Positions 1-10,135 of a DNA stretch of 64,000 nt are shown here, piece after piece. A program made the position numbers and the translations under genes. Position 1 is the first letter of the stretch, and each line of letters begins with the position of its first letter. Origin of the DNA: Candidatus Gastranaerophilaceae bacterium (GTDB taxonomy: Bacteria; Cyanobacteriota; Vampirovibrionia; Gastranaerophilales; Gastranaerophilaceae); assembly GCA_051875105.1 (NCBI GenBank), contig JBJEGN010000108.1:501-64500 (forward strand). Reading direction: 5' to 3'. Below the pieces are notes generated by a model. It saw nothing but the letters and a program-made list of their open reading frames with translations. It was not told the DNA's origin and did no database searches.

Positions 1-211
1 TTGTACCCATTCTTTTTCTTTTCTTTCCGAGAGCAAAGAAAAAGAACGTGTACCCCAAGAAAAAGAAAAGAATACGGCTCCTGCGGAGTGCCTTAACTCA
101 CTTCGTTCGTTTTTACCGGATTACCCACGTCGCTCCGCTCCTCGTGATGACAAACCATAAAACATGTCATTGAGAGAAAATGGTGCAAATACTTTCAAAT
201 GAAAGCAGATT

Positions 212-240
212 AACTAAACTGAAAGGCAACTTGTTGCCCG
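212..240 (-). terminator. putative intrinsic terminator downstream of dtd
   Basis: GGCAAC/GTTGCC stem (225-230/233-238) followed on the minus strand by TTTCAGTTT. The T-run is weak. Confidence 0.4.
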
Positions 241-266
241 TAGCAATATAAAAGGAAAATTTCAAC

Positions 267-707
267 CTAATGTTTTTCCAAAATAAAAGTTACAGGTCCG
301 TCATTCACCAGAGCAACATCCATCATTTCTCCAAAAACACCTGTCTTAACAGTAAGTCCACTATTTTTCATCATTTTAACAAAGTTATCATACATTACTT
401 CTGCTTCTTTTGGAGCCATAGCTGTATCAAAACTCGGACGAGTACCTTTTCTTATATCGCCCGCAAGTGTAAATTGAGAAACAATAAGAATTTCGCCATT
501 AATATCCTTTACTGACAAATTCATCTTCTGATTTTCGTCTTCAAAAATCCTCAATTTAAGAATTTTCTCACACAAATATTTTGAAAAATCCTCTGTATCG
601 TTTTTTTCAACACCGTATAAAATTAACAGACCGTTATTTATCGATGAATAAAGTTTTTCATCAATAGTAACTGAAGCCTTTTTTACTCTTTGAATTACTA
701 TTTTCAT
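267..707 (-). CDS. dtd: D-aminoacyl-tRNA deacylase
   Basis: 146-aa ORF starting MKIVIQRV with the conserved SQFTLAGD motif and a typical Dtd length. Confidence 0.9.
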   Translation of the reverse strand: MKIVIQRVKKASVTIDEKLYSSINNGLLILYGVEKNDTEDFSKYLCEKILKLRIFEDENQKMNLSVKDINGEILIVSQFTLAGDIRKGTRPSFDTAMAPKEAEVMYDNFVKMMKNSGLTVKTGVFGEMMDVALVNDGPVTFILEKH

Positions 708-777
708 ATTTTAACTATACCAAAATATTACTGACAGTTCAAATTTTAGAGTTATAATTGTCTTGAAGGAAGAAAAT

Positions 778-2172
778 ATGAAAAAATTTGACTATAAAGC
801 TGAGATTATCAGACCGGACATAATTAACGAATTAATAGAAAACAACACTAACAAATCATCAATTGACGACATTTTAAATAAAGCACTAAAATTGAAAGGA
901 CTTGACCTCGATGAATCGGCAAGACTTTTGAACATTGATAACGAAGAAGATGCAGAAAAAATGTTCCATGCTGCAAAAAAACTGAAAGAAATAATTTACG
1001 GAAACAGAATTGTTCTTTTTGCACCGCTTTACGCAGCAAATGTCTGCACAAATAACTGTCTATACTGTGGTTTCAGACACGATAACCAAGAAATAACAAG
1101 ATGTGTTTTAACCCCTGATGAAGTTGCAGAAGAAGCTAAAGCTATAATGAATTTAGGTCACAAACGAATTGTTCTTTTAACTGGTGAAGATTATAAGGAA
1201 ACAGGCTTAGATTATTTAGAAGAATGTATCGATAAAATTTATAAAGCAAAGGTCTTTAACGGTGAAATCAGACGTGTTAACGTCAATATCGCCCCTTTGA
1301 GCGTAGAAGATTTTAAACGACTTGACTCTTTTGGAATAGGTACATACCAACTTTTCCAAGAAACTTACAACGAAGAAGTTTACAAATACGTTCACCCATC
1401 CGGCAAAAAATCAAATTACAGATGGCGGCTTGAAGCTATGGACAGAGCTTTGGAAGCGGGCATGCATGATGTCGGAATAGGACCTTTATTTGGGTTAACA
1501 GATTACAGATTTGAAACACTTGCAACATTAATGCACTCCCACCATTTAGATGCCAAATTTGGTATCGGTCCACATACAATTTCCGTTCCGAGAATTGAAC
1601 CGGCAAAAGGTGTTACATTCAGCGAAAATCCACCTGAAAAAATTGACGAATTTACCTTTAAAAAGATTGTTGCAGTCTTGAGATTATCAGTTCCTTACAC
1701 AGGAATAATTCTTTCAACAAGAGAAACACCTTCTCTACGAAAAGCTCTTTGTGATTTAGGTGCATCCCAAATAAGTGCAGAATCAAGAGTAAACCCCGGC
1801 GGATACTCTGTTCACAAAGAATCCGATTCTCAATTTACAATGAGTGATAATCGTTCGCTTGATGAAATCGTAAAAGCTTTGATAAACGACGGTTATACAC
1901 CAAGTTTCTGTACAGCATGCTATCGAAAAGGCAGAATAGGAAAAGATTTTATGGATTTAGCAAAACCGGGATTGATAAAGAAATTTTGTCAGCCAAATGC
2001 TATTTCAACGCTTGCCGAATATCTTTACGACTATGCTTCTGATGAAACGAAAACAAATGGTTTGAAATTCATAGAAAAACAAATCGCAGAAACAGAAAAC
2101 CCAGCTCTTCAATCTCAACTTACTGATATGATAGCAAAAGTTGCAGCCGGAGAAAGAGATGTTTATAATTAA
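778..2172 (+). CDS. hydG: [FeFe]-hydrogenase maturase HydG (radical SAM tyrosine lyase)
   Basis: CTNNCLYCGF radical-SAM CX3CX2C motif, ~465 aa, and a C-terminal CTAC-X22-C (CX2CX22C) motif that is specific to HydG rather than ThiH. The ATG at 778 follows GAAGGAAG; the track ORF starts at a TTG at 763. Confidence 0.88.
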   Translation: MKKFDYKAEIIRPDIINELIENNTNKSSIDDILNKALKLKGLDLDESARLLNIDNEEDAEKMFHAAKKLKEIIYGNRIVLFAPLYAANVCTNNCLYCGFRHDNQEITRCVLTPDEVAEEAKAIMNLGHKRIVLLTGEDYKETGLDYLEECIDKIYKAKVFNGEIRRVNVNIAPLSVEDFKRLDSFGIGTYQLFQETYNEEVYKYVHPSGKKSNYRWRLEAMDRALEAGMHDVGIGPLFGLTDYRFETLATLMHSHHLDAKFGIGPHTISVPRIEPAKGVTFSENPPEKIDEFTFKKIVAVLRLSVPYTGIILSTRETPSLRKALCDLGASQISAESRVNPGGYSVHKESDSQFTMSDNRSLDEIVKALINDGYTPSFCTACYRKGRIGKDFMDLAKPGLIKKFCQPNAISTLAEYLYDYASDETKTNGLKFIEKQIAETENPALQSQLTDMIAKVAAGERDVYN

Positions 2173-2195
2173 ATTCGCAAACAAATATTTTCTGG

Positions 2196-2226
2196 AAAAA
2201 CCACTGATTTAATTCAGTGGTTTTTA
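2196..2226. terminator. bidirectional intrinsic terminator between hydG and the GtrA-like gene
   Basis: AAAAACCACTGA...TCAGTGGTTTTT hairpin flanked by an A-run and a T-run. Confidence 0.65.
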
Positions 2227-2676
2227 TTAATTATTTTTTTTGAAAACTATAAATTTGTTAATTGAATATCCAACAAACAAGTATATTGCCATAGAAAGAA
2301 TAACGGCAAGATTGTCAACAAGTCTGTCTTGAGGTATTGCAGTGAAAGCATTTAAAAATTCTAAAATGTTTCCGCCAAATCTAAAAGAAAAATGTGCTAT
2401 TTCGTATCCTAACCAATAAGAAACAACATAAGCCGGAAGCATTGTCACGAAAAATTTCAAAAATTGTATTCCTGATTTTCCATTATTTTTAAAAGTAAAT
2501 TTCTTATTCAAATAAAAAGATGTTAAATTACCAAGAATATATGCAATACCGGTAGATGTTGCATAAGACCATAGACAAATATTTAAACTTATAAAAGCTG
2601 CAGATATCCCAACTAATGTATTTACCAACCCAACCAGACAATATTTAATAAATTGTTTTGAAATATATTTTTTCAT
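2227..2676 (-). CDS. GtrA-family membrane protein
   Basis: 149 aa with four predicted TM segments. The N-terminus FIKYCLVGLVNTLVG is typical of the GtrA family. Confidence 0.7.
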   Translation of the reverse strand: MKKYISKQFIKYCLVGLVNTLVGISAAFISLNICLWSYATSTGIAYILGNLTSFYLNKKFTFKNNGKSGIQFLKFFVTMLPAYVVSYWLGYEIAHFSFRFGGNILEFLNAFTAIPQDRLVDNLAVILSMAIYLFVGYSINKFIVFKKNN

Positions 2677-2685
2677 ACTTCCTTC

Positions 2686-3966
2686 TTATGATTTATAGGT
2701 CAAATCTAAATACTGATGAGCAATTCTTGGAGAACGATAACCCCTTGCAATAGCAAATTTTTCAACACCTTTTGCAATTTCTTCAAAAGGAGCAGTAATA
2801 CCTCTATCTTTTGCTATTTGCTTTGTTATTTCAAAAAATTTCTCCCTTGTCGGCATTTGATACGTTATCATTAAACCAAATCTGTCAGATAAAGACATCA
2901 TTTCATCAATAGTGTCTTCTCTATGAAGTTCATCACCTTCTCTGGCAGTAAAAGTTTCTTTTACAATATGTCGTCTGTTTGAAGTTGCATATATTACCGT
3001 ATTATCAGGCTGTGAACATACAGAACCTTCCAAAACAGCCTTCAATGTATTCATATTGTCATCATCTTCACTAAATGTCAAATCATCAATAAAAATAAGA
3101 AATTTTAACGGATTTTCAGCAAGTAATTGCATTATATCCCCCAAAAATTTCAATTTGTTTTTTTCGAGTTGAACTATTCTTAATCCAATTTCAGCATACT
3201 CATTTGCAAGAGCTTTTACACAAGAGGATTTGCCGGTACCTCTATCTCCATACAATAAAACATTGTTGTATGGACTTCTTGATAAAAACGCAACAATATT
3301 TTCGTTAGCTTTTTGTTTTTGAGCTTCATATAACTTCAAATCACTCATTCTTACCGAATCAGGATGAACAACAGGTACAAGTTTTCCGTTTGAATCAACT
3401 CTAAAAGAGTAGTGTTTAGCATATTCGCCGGTACCATTTTTAGCAAAAAATCTTACAAAATCAGGAATATAATCTTCCCAAATATCTTTCTTTCCTGCAT
3501 GTTTAAATGTATTAGAATATTTAGGTAAAGTATCCTTTATCTCCGCAATTTGAGGGTTATTCGTTAACAAATTATCAATAATATCTTCAGAAGTAATTTC
3601 TGATAAAAGTCTAATTGTTTTTATATCCTGTTTGATAGCATTGACAATCTCTTCCGAAAGTTCATGGAATCTATTTTTTGAACAGGTTATAGAAAAAATA
3701 TTTTCATTATACAAAATCAAATCATAAAGATAATCAACCAGACTTGCTTTTGAATTACTTTCAAAAAGCCCTGCACACATTTGAGAATAATATGTCAAAG
3801 CCTCCGGATAAATTTGCTCATTTATATCTTTCCTTGAAAACAATTCTATAATATTGCAAAGAGCATTTGCGACTTTGTCTTTTTTGATATCTTTTAAGAC
3901 GGTCATAGTTTGCGTCATATAAAAAAGTTTTTGAAACGAATTTCTCATCATGCACCTTCTATTCAA
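2686..3966 (-). CDS. AAA-type ATPase, DUF815 family
   Basis: Walker A LLYGDRGTGKSS and Walker B-like FLIFIDDL. Length and layout match DUF815 ATP-binding proteins. The exact start is uncertain because there are several N-terminal Met codons. Confidence 0.7.
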   Translation of the reverse strand: MNRRCMMRNSFQKLFYMTQTMTVLKDIKKDKVANALCNIIELFSRKDINEQIYPEALTYYSQMCAGLFESNSKASLVDYLYDLILYNENIFSITCSKNRFHELSEEIVNAIKQDIKTIRLLSEITSEDIIDNLLTNNPQIAEIKDTLPKYSNTFKHAGKKDIWEDYIPDFVRFFAKNGTGEYAKHYSFRVDSNGKLVPVVHPDSVRMSDLKLYEAQKQKANENIVAFLSRSPYNNVLLYGDRGTGKSSCVKALANEYAEIGLRIVQLEKNKLKFLGDIMQLLAENPLKFLIFIDDLTFSEDDDNMNTLKAVLEGSVCSQPDNTVIYATSNRRHIVKETFTAREGDELHREDTIDEMMSLSDRFGLMITYQMPTREKFFEITKQIAKDRGITAPFEEIAKGVEKFAIARGYRSPRIAHQYLDLTYKS

Positions 3967-4018
3967 TGAATATTATACCGTACATAAGCTATTTTGTTAA
4001 ATAAATTTTTCAAGAATA

Positions 4019-4432
4019 TCAAAAAATCATCAAAATTGTACCAACTGTAATCAAAAGACAAGCCAAAACAACTTTAAAATTTACGACTTCTTTTAAAAAC
4101 AATGCCGAAAAAACTATCACAAGTACAATAGAAAATTTATCAACAGATGCAACTTTAGAAACATCTCCAATTTGTATAGCTTTATAAAAACAAAGCCACG
4201 ACAATCCCGTCATAATACCGGAAATCACCAAAAAAGCCCATGATTTCGTTGATATTGAAGGAAGTTCTTTAAAAGCTCCGGAAAAAAGCACAATTCCGGT
4301 TGCAATAATCAAAACGACCAAAGTTCTGATAGCTGTTCCAAGATTAGAATCTACACCTGTAATACCGACTTTCGCCGTAATTGATGTTAATGCTGCAAAA
4401 ATTGCAGAACCCAATGCATATAAAATCCACAT
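4019..4432 (-). CDS. small EamA/DMT-family membrane transporter
   Basis: 137 aa with 4-5 hydrophobic helices and an EamA-like sequence pattern. Confidence 0.6.
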   Translation of the reverse strand: MWILYALGSAIFAALTSITAKVGITGVDSNLGTAIRTLVVLIIATGIVLFSGAFKELPSISTKSWAFLVISGIMTGLSWLCFYKAIQIGDVSKVASVDKFSIVLVIVFSALFLKEVVNFKVVLACLLITVGTILMIF

Positions 4433-4485
4433 CTTCTTTTCCTTCTAATACCTAATATTATTTTTCAAGAAAAATCAACAAACGT

Positions 4486-6306
4486 TTACTCTTCTTCTAT
4501 TTTAGAAAGTTCGACAAACTCTGCAAACTTAGGATGTTTTTTAGCCAACTCGGAAAAAGTATCAATATCAATAATTTTACCTTTGTCAATATAAATCAGC
4601 CTATCACAAAGTTTAAGTGTACTTAATCGGTGAGAAACTGCTATCATTGTGATTTTACCTTTTTTATCCGCAAGAATATCCATAATTTCATTTTCAGTTT
4701 TGACATCTAATGAAGAAGTAGCCTCATCAAAAATCAAAATTTCAGGATCTCTATAAAAAGCTCTTGCAATACCGATTCTTTGAATTTGCCCTTGTGAAAG
4801 TCCTGTTCCATCCGCATTAATAGTAGTATTTAATTTATTTGGCATTTTTTCAATTTGTTCATACAATTTGGCTTCTTCAAGAGCAGAGATAACTTTTTCA
4901 GCATCAACGTTTCTACTCGATATCCCCCAAGCAACATTAGTAAAAAGATTACCCTGAACCGTATTGGTGTTTTGAGAAACATATCCGATAATATTTTGAT
5001 AAGATTTAATATTTTCAGGAGTAATTTTTCTTCCATCAACTTCAATAGAACCTTTAGCGATTAAAAGCCCTGTTAAGCAATCAGTTAATGTAGTTTTACC
5101 AGAGCCTGAAAGTCCGATTATACCAATATATTCACCTTTGTTAATTTTGAAATTCATATCTGATATAACGATATGCTCTTTGTCATAAGAATAGGATAAA
5201 TCCTTGACTTCAATATATTTTTCAAAAGACATTCTATCTTTTGTTACAACATTCATGTAATCTTCGTACTCTTTAAACGAATCGTATAGTTCAAAAACCT
5301 GCTGAGGATATTCTCGATACATATCCATGTAATTTATACATACCTGACTTTTGTTCATTAAAGGTAAAATTCTGAACAAACCAATTACAATAATACCAAA
5401 AGATAACAAAATTTGTTCTTTGTTCATTCCGTATTCGAGGAAAATTGCACAACATAAAATAATTATTGTTAAAACAAAAATAATTTCCATAAGATATTGA
5501 GGAATAATCGGCAGCAAATTTATTTTTTCGTTTAGAGGAACTAATCTTGCAACAATTTTTTTATACAAATTATAAAAGAATTTTTCAGAGCTTGTAATTT
5601 TAATTTCTTTTAAACATCTTAAACTCGAAAGCAAAGTAGAATAATCACTATTTTGAATTTTATATCTTTCGTCTGCATATTCTTTTGCTTTCATAAAAAT
5701 CCATCTGTTTTGTAAAGAAGCAGAAACGACAAAGAATATCGCAGCAAAAATTGTATATTTTGGCAATAGATAAATCATCCAAAGAAAAATCAACGTCACA
5801 ACTATAGTATTAGTTGTAAAAACAATTACTCTGAATACAAAATTATTAAAAACGTTATCAACGATATCAGAAATTTGGAAAAATCTTTCGCTGTCCGGAT
5901 ATTTAACATTTTGTTCAAAAGGAGAAAATAAATACATTCTCATAAACATTAACTTAATATCAAAAGCCCATTCTTTAAGCAATCTGTTTTGCCAATACAT
6001 GATGAAAATTCCGTAAATATTTTTAGCAATAATTGCCACCACAAGAATAATAGCTGAAAATTTAAAAACTTCTTGAGGATTTTGCAAGTGAAAAAGATTA
6101 ATTGCAATTTTCAAAAAGAAATTGTTCATCATCATAGATGGGTCAATCAACATTATCAAAAAAGGCAGGACAACTGCAACGCTTGCGAATTCAAAAAGAC
6201 TTGTCAGTGCCGTATAAACAGACATCAAAGCAATTTGTTTTCCATGATTTTTTCCAAAATATTTAAGAAATTTCGCAAAAACTGAGTAAAACACGTCTTT
6301 TTCCAA
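4486..6306 (-). CDS. ABC transporter, fused permease/ATP-binding protein (exporter type)
   Basis: N-terminal 6-TM region. Walker A GLSGSGKTT, signature LSQGQIQR, Walker B ILIFDEATS. Confidence 0.88.
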   Translation of the reverse strand: MEKDVFYSVFAKFLKYFGKNHGKQIALMSVYTALTSLFEFASVAVVLPFLIMLIDPSMMMNNFFLKIAINLFHLQNPQEVFKFSAIILVVAIIAKNIYGIFIMYWQNRLLKEWAFDIKLMFMRMYLFSPFEQNVKYPDSERFFQISDIVDNVFNNFVFRVIVFTTNTIVVTLIFLWMIYLLPKYTIFAAIFFVVSASLQNRWIFMKAKEYADERYKIQNSDYSTLLSSLRCLKEIKITSSEKFFYNLYKKIVARLVPLNEKINLLPIIPQYLMEIIFVLTIIILCCAIFLEYGMNKEQILLSFGIIVIGLFRILPLMNKSQVCINYMDMYREYPQQVFELYDSFKEYEDYMNVVTKDRMSFEKYIEVKDLSYSYDKEHIVISDMNFKINKGEYIGIIGLSGSGKTTLTDCLTGLLIAKGSIEVDGRKITPENIKSYQNIIGYVSQNTNTVQGNLFTNVAWGISSRNVDAEKVISALEEAKLYEQIEKMPNKLNTTINADGTGLSQGQIQRIGIARAFYRDPEILIFDEATSSLDVKTENEIMDILADKKGKITMIAVSHRLSTLKLCDRLIYIDKGKIIDIDTFSELAKKHPKFAEFVELSKIEEE

Positions 6307-6328
6307 TCTTCAAAAACATTATATCATA

Positions 6329-7042
6329 TTATTTAAAATAATGATAAACATAAGGATTTGTATCATTTTTCAAAACAATTTTATATTCATCAAACCCTTT
6401 AATACGAGAAAGCAATTTAGCAGCTTTTTCTCTAATTGTATAATCATTGAAAGTATAAGTCTTTTTCAAAATCTCATTTATAGATTTCTCATCATATTCT
6501 AATGTTTCATCAGCTAATAACTCAGATAATGCTTCCATATACCAATACAACTTAAATGTATTTTTAGAAATTTCATGATTTGATAATGTGACAGAATTTT
6601 CTTCATCTAAATCAATGTCAAGAATTCGCCGGATTAATTTGCTCATAAATTTTTCTTTATTTGGAATATAAGAAATAACGTTAATAATATTTCTTGCTAC
6701 AGATGGAATTATATCATTTAGTGCATTTAAAAGTTTCTCTGTAATTTCTTCACTGTCAAAAAAAACTTGATATTTTTTATCAGATAAAAATTCATTTATT
6801 CTAAAAGAACAAACTTCTCTAACAGGTCCGCTTTGCCCTGTTAACACAGAAACAAGACTTTCTGCTTCTTCAGAATTTTCAATGGTTTTGAGCTGAAATA
6901 ATGCAGCTTGCTTAAAAGTATCATCAACAGAGTTTATAGCATCAAAAATCTCATTTCTCGAAAAATCCTTTTGTAAAAGCTCGTAAGTTTTTTCAAGAAC
7001 ATCCGGTGTATATAAAACAAAATAATCTTTTTCGTTATCCAT
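6329..7042 (-). CDS. hypothetical protein (helical repeat-like)
   Basis: Long ORF. I prefer the start at MDNEKDY (7042) because the upstream codons overlap the rpsI terminator hairpin. No recognisable motif. Confidence 0.5.
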   Translation of the reverse strand: MDNEKDYFVLYTPDVLEKTYELLQKDFSRNEIFDAINSVDDTFKQAALFQLKTIENSEEAESLVSVLTGQSGPVREVCSFRINEFLSDKKYQVFFDSEEITEKLLNALNDIIPSVARNIINVISYIPNKEKFMSKLIRRILDIDLDEENSVTLSNHEISKNTFKLYWYMEALSELLADETLEYDEKSINEILKKTYTFNDYTIREKAAKLLSRIKGFDEYKIVLKNDTNPYVYHYFK

Positions 7043-7055
7043 ACCACTATAATAC

Positions 7056-7090
7056 AATAAAAAAACCTCCTGCGAAAACAAGAGGTTTGA
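7056..7090 (-). terminator. intrinsic terminator after rpsI
   Basis: AACCTC/GAGGTT stem followed by a T-run on the minus strand. Confidence 0.55.
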
Positions 7091-7107
7091 TTTTTGAAAA
7101 GTAAAAA

Positions 7108-7503
7108 TTAACGTTTTGAGAATTGGAATCTTTTTCTTGCTCTCTTACGTCCGTATTTTTTACGTTCTTTTTCACGAGCATCACGAGTCAACAATCCTTC
7201 AGCCTTTAATACAGAGCGAAGTTCTTCGTTGTATTCAACCAATGCTCTTGAAATACCGTGTCTGATTGCACCGGATTGTGATGAAACACCGCCACCAACA
7301 ACTTTTACTCTGACATCAAAATTTGCTTGATTGTCAGTAAGTGCCAACGGTCTGAAAATCATCATTTCAAGTGCAGGTCTGTTACCGATATAAGCTGCAA
7401 GTGTCTTTCCATTTACAAAAACACGTCCTTTACCTTTAACAAGTTTAACAACCGCAGTTGAAGTCTTTCTTCTGCCTGTTGCAATATATTCATTAGCGGC
7501 CAT
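7108..7503 (-). CDS. rpsI: 30S ribosomal protein S9
   Basis: 131 aa ending in the RKRFQFSKR tail typical of S9. Confidence 0.95.
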   Translation of the reverse strand: MAANEYIATGRRKTSTAVVKLVKGKGRVFVNGKTLAAYIGNRPALEMMIFRPLALTDNQANFDVRVKVVGGGVSSQSGAIRHGISRALVEYNEELRSVLKAEGLLTRDAREKERKKYGRKRARKRFQFSKR

Positions 7504-7943
7504 TATTTAACCTCCTTATCGTCAAGTAAAATCGGATTTTGAGCCTTATGAGGATGTTCCGGTCCTGCATAAACTTTGAGTTTATTAAATTGTTCTTGAC
7601 CCAAAGTATTATGAGGAAGCATACCTTTTACGGCTTTTTCAATTGCCGCACAGGGATTTTTTGCCATCAAATCCTTAAATGCCGTAGCTTTAAGTCCTCC
7701 CGGATAACCCGAATGAGAATAATAAACTTTATCTGTTTCTTTTTTACCCGTAACAACTACTTTTTCAGCGTTAATAACGATGATAAAATCACCAGTATCA
7801 ACGTGAGGAGTATATTGGGGTTTATGCTTTCCTCTGAGCATATTAGCCGCAAGTACTGCCAATCTGCCGAGAGTTTTACCTTCAGCATCTATAACGTACC
7901 ACTTTCTTTCAACTTCAAGAGGTTTAGCCGAGTATGTTTTCAT
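7503..7943 (-). CDS. rplM: 50S ribosomal protein L13
   Basis: [15 protein letters not shown] and [18 protein letters not shown] motifs. TAATG overlap with rpsI. Confidence 0.95.
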   Translation of the reverse strand: MKTYSAKPLEVERKWYVIDAEGKTLGRLAVLAANMLRGKHKPQYTPHVDTGDFIIVINAEKVVVTGKKETDKVYYSHSGYPGGLKATAFKDLMAKNPCAAIEKAVKGMLPHNTLGQEQFNKLKVYAGPEHPHKAQNPILLDDKEVK

Positions 7944-8703
7944 ATGCTATCTCCATATTTATATTTTTGTCATATATAACTTTCATAAGTGTAAGTCCTT
8001 CAGGACTTGCTGCCGGACCGGCCTTTGCTCTGTCCCTGCAAGCGAGAATATCCTTTAGTGATTCGGGGCTACGGGATTTTCTCTCGAGATACAAAATCGT
8101 TCCGACTATGGTTCTTACCATTCCGTATAAGAACCTGTTTGCAATTATGTCTATCAAAATTTCATCACCTTTGGCATGACACTTCGCATAATACACATTA
8201 CAAACCTTTGCGGGATTACCTGAACCTGACTTCTTGAAAGATGAAAAATCATGTTCACCTTTTAAAACTTCAAGTGCTTGATTTATAAAACCAATATCAG
8301 GATAATCTCTTATAAAAAGACAATCTTCATCAAATGCCGAACGCTGCTTCCTCGATATTATTTTATATTGATAATATCTCGCAACGGCACTCTTCTGTGC
8401 ATGGAATGTTTCTTCAACTTTTCGTATCTCTGAAACGCTCATATCACTCGGAAGTAATCCATTCAACGAGTATAAGACCTTTGGCTCGGTAAAATCCAAT
8501 TCACTCTCGAAATGAACTACCTGCCCTCTGGCATGAACTCCTGCATCTGTTCTGCCTGAGAAAATTGTCTTTGTATATTGCTTTGTCAATGTACTGATTG
8601 CTTTTTCAAGTTCGCCTTGAACCGTTCTGACTTTCGTCTTCTGTTTCTGGCTCCCTGAAAAATTTGTTCCCTTATATTCAAGATTGAGAACGTATCTTTG
8701 CAT
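7924..8703 (-). CDS. truA: tRNA pseudouridine(38-40) synthase
   Basis: GRTDAGVHA catalytic motif, 259 aa, and the conserved position between rplQ and rplM. Confidence 0.9.
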   Translation of the reverse strand: MQRYVLNLEYKGTNFSGSQKQKTKVRTVQGELEKAISTLTKQYTKTIFSGRTDAGVHARGQVVHFESELDFTEPKVLYSLNGLLPSDMSVSEIRKVEETFHAQKSAVARYYQYKIISRKQRSAFDEDCLFIRDYPDIGFINQALEVLKGEHDFSSFKKSGSGNPAKVCNVYYAKCHAKGDEILIDIIANRFLYGMVRTIVGTILYLERKSRSPESLKDILACRDRAKAGPAASPEGLTLMKVIYDKNINMEIAYENILG

Positions 8704-9128
8704 TATACCAATTGGATTAATGCCATTTTTGTTGCATCGCCTCTGCGTGGAGGAAGATTGTAGATACGAGTGTATCCGCCGTTTCTGTCTTGATATTGTT
8801 TTCCTATTTCTGAGAACAATTTTCTTAAAACAGTTTCAGGCATCTTCTTGCATTCAGCTTTTTCATCTACAACTTCTTTTGTTTCAAGATTCATAAATCT
8901 GCCTGTTTCTCTGTCATAGATATATCTGAGAGCTGTTCTGCGTGAATTCAAATCACCTTTCTTCGCAAGAGTTATAATGCTTTCTGCATAAGGCTTCAAT
9001 GCTTTTGCTCTTGAAATTGTAGTCTTGATTTCACCGTGCATGAACAATTCTGTTGCTAATGCTCTAAGTAATGCTTTTCTTTGATCTTGGGCTCTTCCCA
9101 AACGATTTCTTTTACATTGGTGTCTCAT
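8703..9128 (-). CDS. rplQ: 50S ribosomal protein L17
   Basis: MRHQCKRNRLGR N-terminus and GGYTRI motif. At 141 aa it is somewhat longer than a typical L17. Confidence 0.9.
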   Translation of the reverse strand: MRHQCKRNRLGRAQDQRKALLRALATELFMHGEIKTTISRAKALKPYAESIITLAKKGDLNSRRTALRYIYDRETGRFMNLETKEVVDEKAECKKMPETVLRKLFSEIGKQYQDRNGGYTRIYNLPPRRGDATKMALIQLV

Positions 9129-9139
9129 TGTTCGTTCCT

Positions 9140-10117
9140 CTACATTTCATCAGGGTCGAAACCTTCCGGATTCGGTTGTAAACTGAGTCCGACTGCTTGT
9201 AATTTTTCAATTACTTCATCTGAAGATTTCTTTCCGAAATTCTTAATGTTCAATAAATCGTGTTCTGATTTCTTAAGTAATTCAGATAACGAATTGATAC
9301 TTGCTCTCTTTAAACAATTGTATGCTCTTACTGACAATTCCAAATCTTCAATAGAAATCGAAGGTTCAGCTGTTTCAGTAATGTCTTCTTCAATAATCGC
9401 AGGAGAGCTTATTGTAAGCGGTTGTCCTGATATTGATGCGATTTGCATAAAGTGTTCAATTAATATATTAGCTGATTGGCTGAGAGCCGTTGTTACATCA
9501 ATACTTCCGTTTGACCATATTTCAAGAGTCAACTTATCATAGTCAATAACATCTCCAACACGAGTGTTTTCAACATGGTAACTTACTCTCTTTATCGGAA
9601 TGAATGTTGCATCAATCGGTAAAAGGTCAATCGGAAGTTCACCTTGATTTCCCTTTAATACGTCTTTTGCTATGTAACCTTTGCCTGTTTCAACAGCTAT
9701 TTCTGCGTGAATGCTTCCACCTTCAGCAACTGTACAAATGTGCCAGTCAGGGTTAATGATTTTTACACCTGCAGGAAGTTGGATTGCACTTGCAAGTACA
9801 GGTCCTTCTTCTTCTACATCAAGTCTTAATACTTGAGGTTCTTTACTTTCACATTTTACAGTCAAACCCTTAAGGTTCAACATTATATCAATTACATCTT
9901 CCGTAATTCCCGGAATTGATGTGAATTCGTGCGTAATACCTTCTATACGAAGTGACGTTACAGCAGCTCCTTCAAGTGATGAAAGAAGCACTCTGCGGAG
10001 AGCATTTCCGAGTGTAGTACCAAATCCCTTAGCAAGCGGATCTATAGTGAACTTGCCGTATTGAGTACCATCTGAACTCGTCGTCGTATTTACACATTTA
10101 ATTTTTATTGCTTCCAT
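9140..10117 (-). CDS. rpoA: DNA-directed RNA polymerase subunit alpha
   Basis: 325 aa with GNALRRVLLSS in the N-terminal domain and a C-terminal LELSVRAYNCLKRA helix-hairpin-helix. Confidence 0.95.
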   Translation of the reverse strand: MEAIKIKCVNTTTSSDGTQYGKFTIDPLAKGFGTTLGNALRRVLLSSLEGAAVTSLRIEGITHEFTSIPGITEDVIDIMLNLKGLTVKCESKEPQVLRLDVEEEGPVLASAIQLPAGVKIINPDWHICTVAEGGSIHAEIAVETGKGYIAKDVLKGNQGELPIDLLPIDATFIPIKRVSYHVENTRVGDVIDYDKLTLEIWSNGSIDVTTALSQSANILIEHFMQIASISGQPLTISSPAIIEEDITETAEPSISIEDLELSVRAYNCLKRASINSLSELLKKSEHDLLNIKNFGKKSSDEVIEKLQAVGLSLQPNPEGFDPDEM

Positions 10118-10135
10118 TTTATTGCCTCCCTTTAA

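Noticed and set aside
60-110. A GAGCCGTAT string on the minus strand resembling the start of a group II intron domain V.
   Set aside because: The required complementary 3' arm (ATACGGTTC-like) and the GNRA-capped helix are absent, and no reverse transcriptase or maturase ORF is nearby.
763-2172. Alternative call of the radical SAM protein as ThiH (thiazole biosynthesis).
   Set aside because: The ~465-aa length and the C-terminal CX2CX22C auxiliary-cluster motif favour HydG. ThiH is ~100 aa shorter and lacks that motif.
7539-9542. Long plus-strand ORFs in the track (7539-7979, 7934-8179, 8007-8237, 8684-8896, 9081-9542) opposite rplM, truA, rplQ and rpoA.
   Set aside because: They are antisense shadows of strongly supported ribosomal and rpoA genes. 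Their composition is low-complexity, and they have no motifs or plausible starts.
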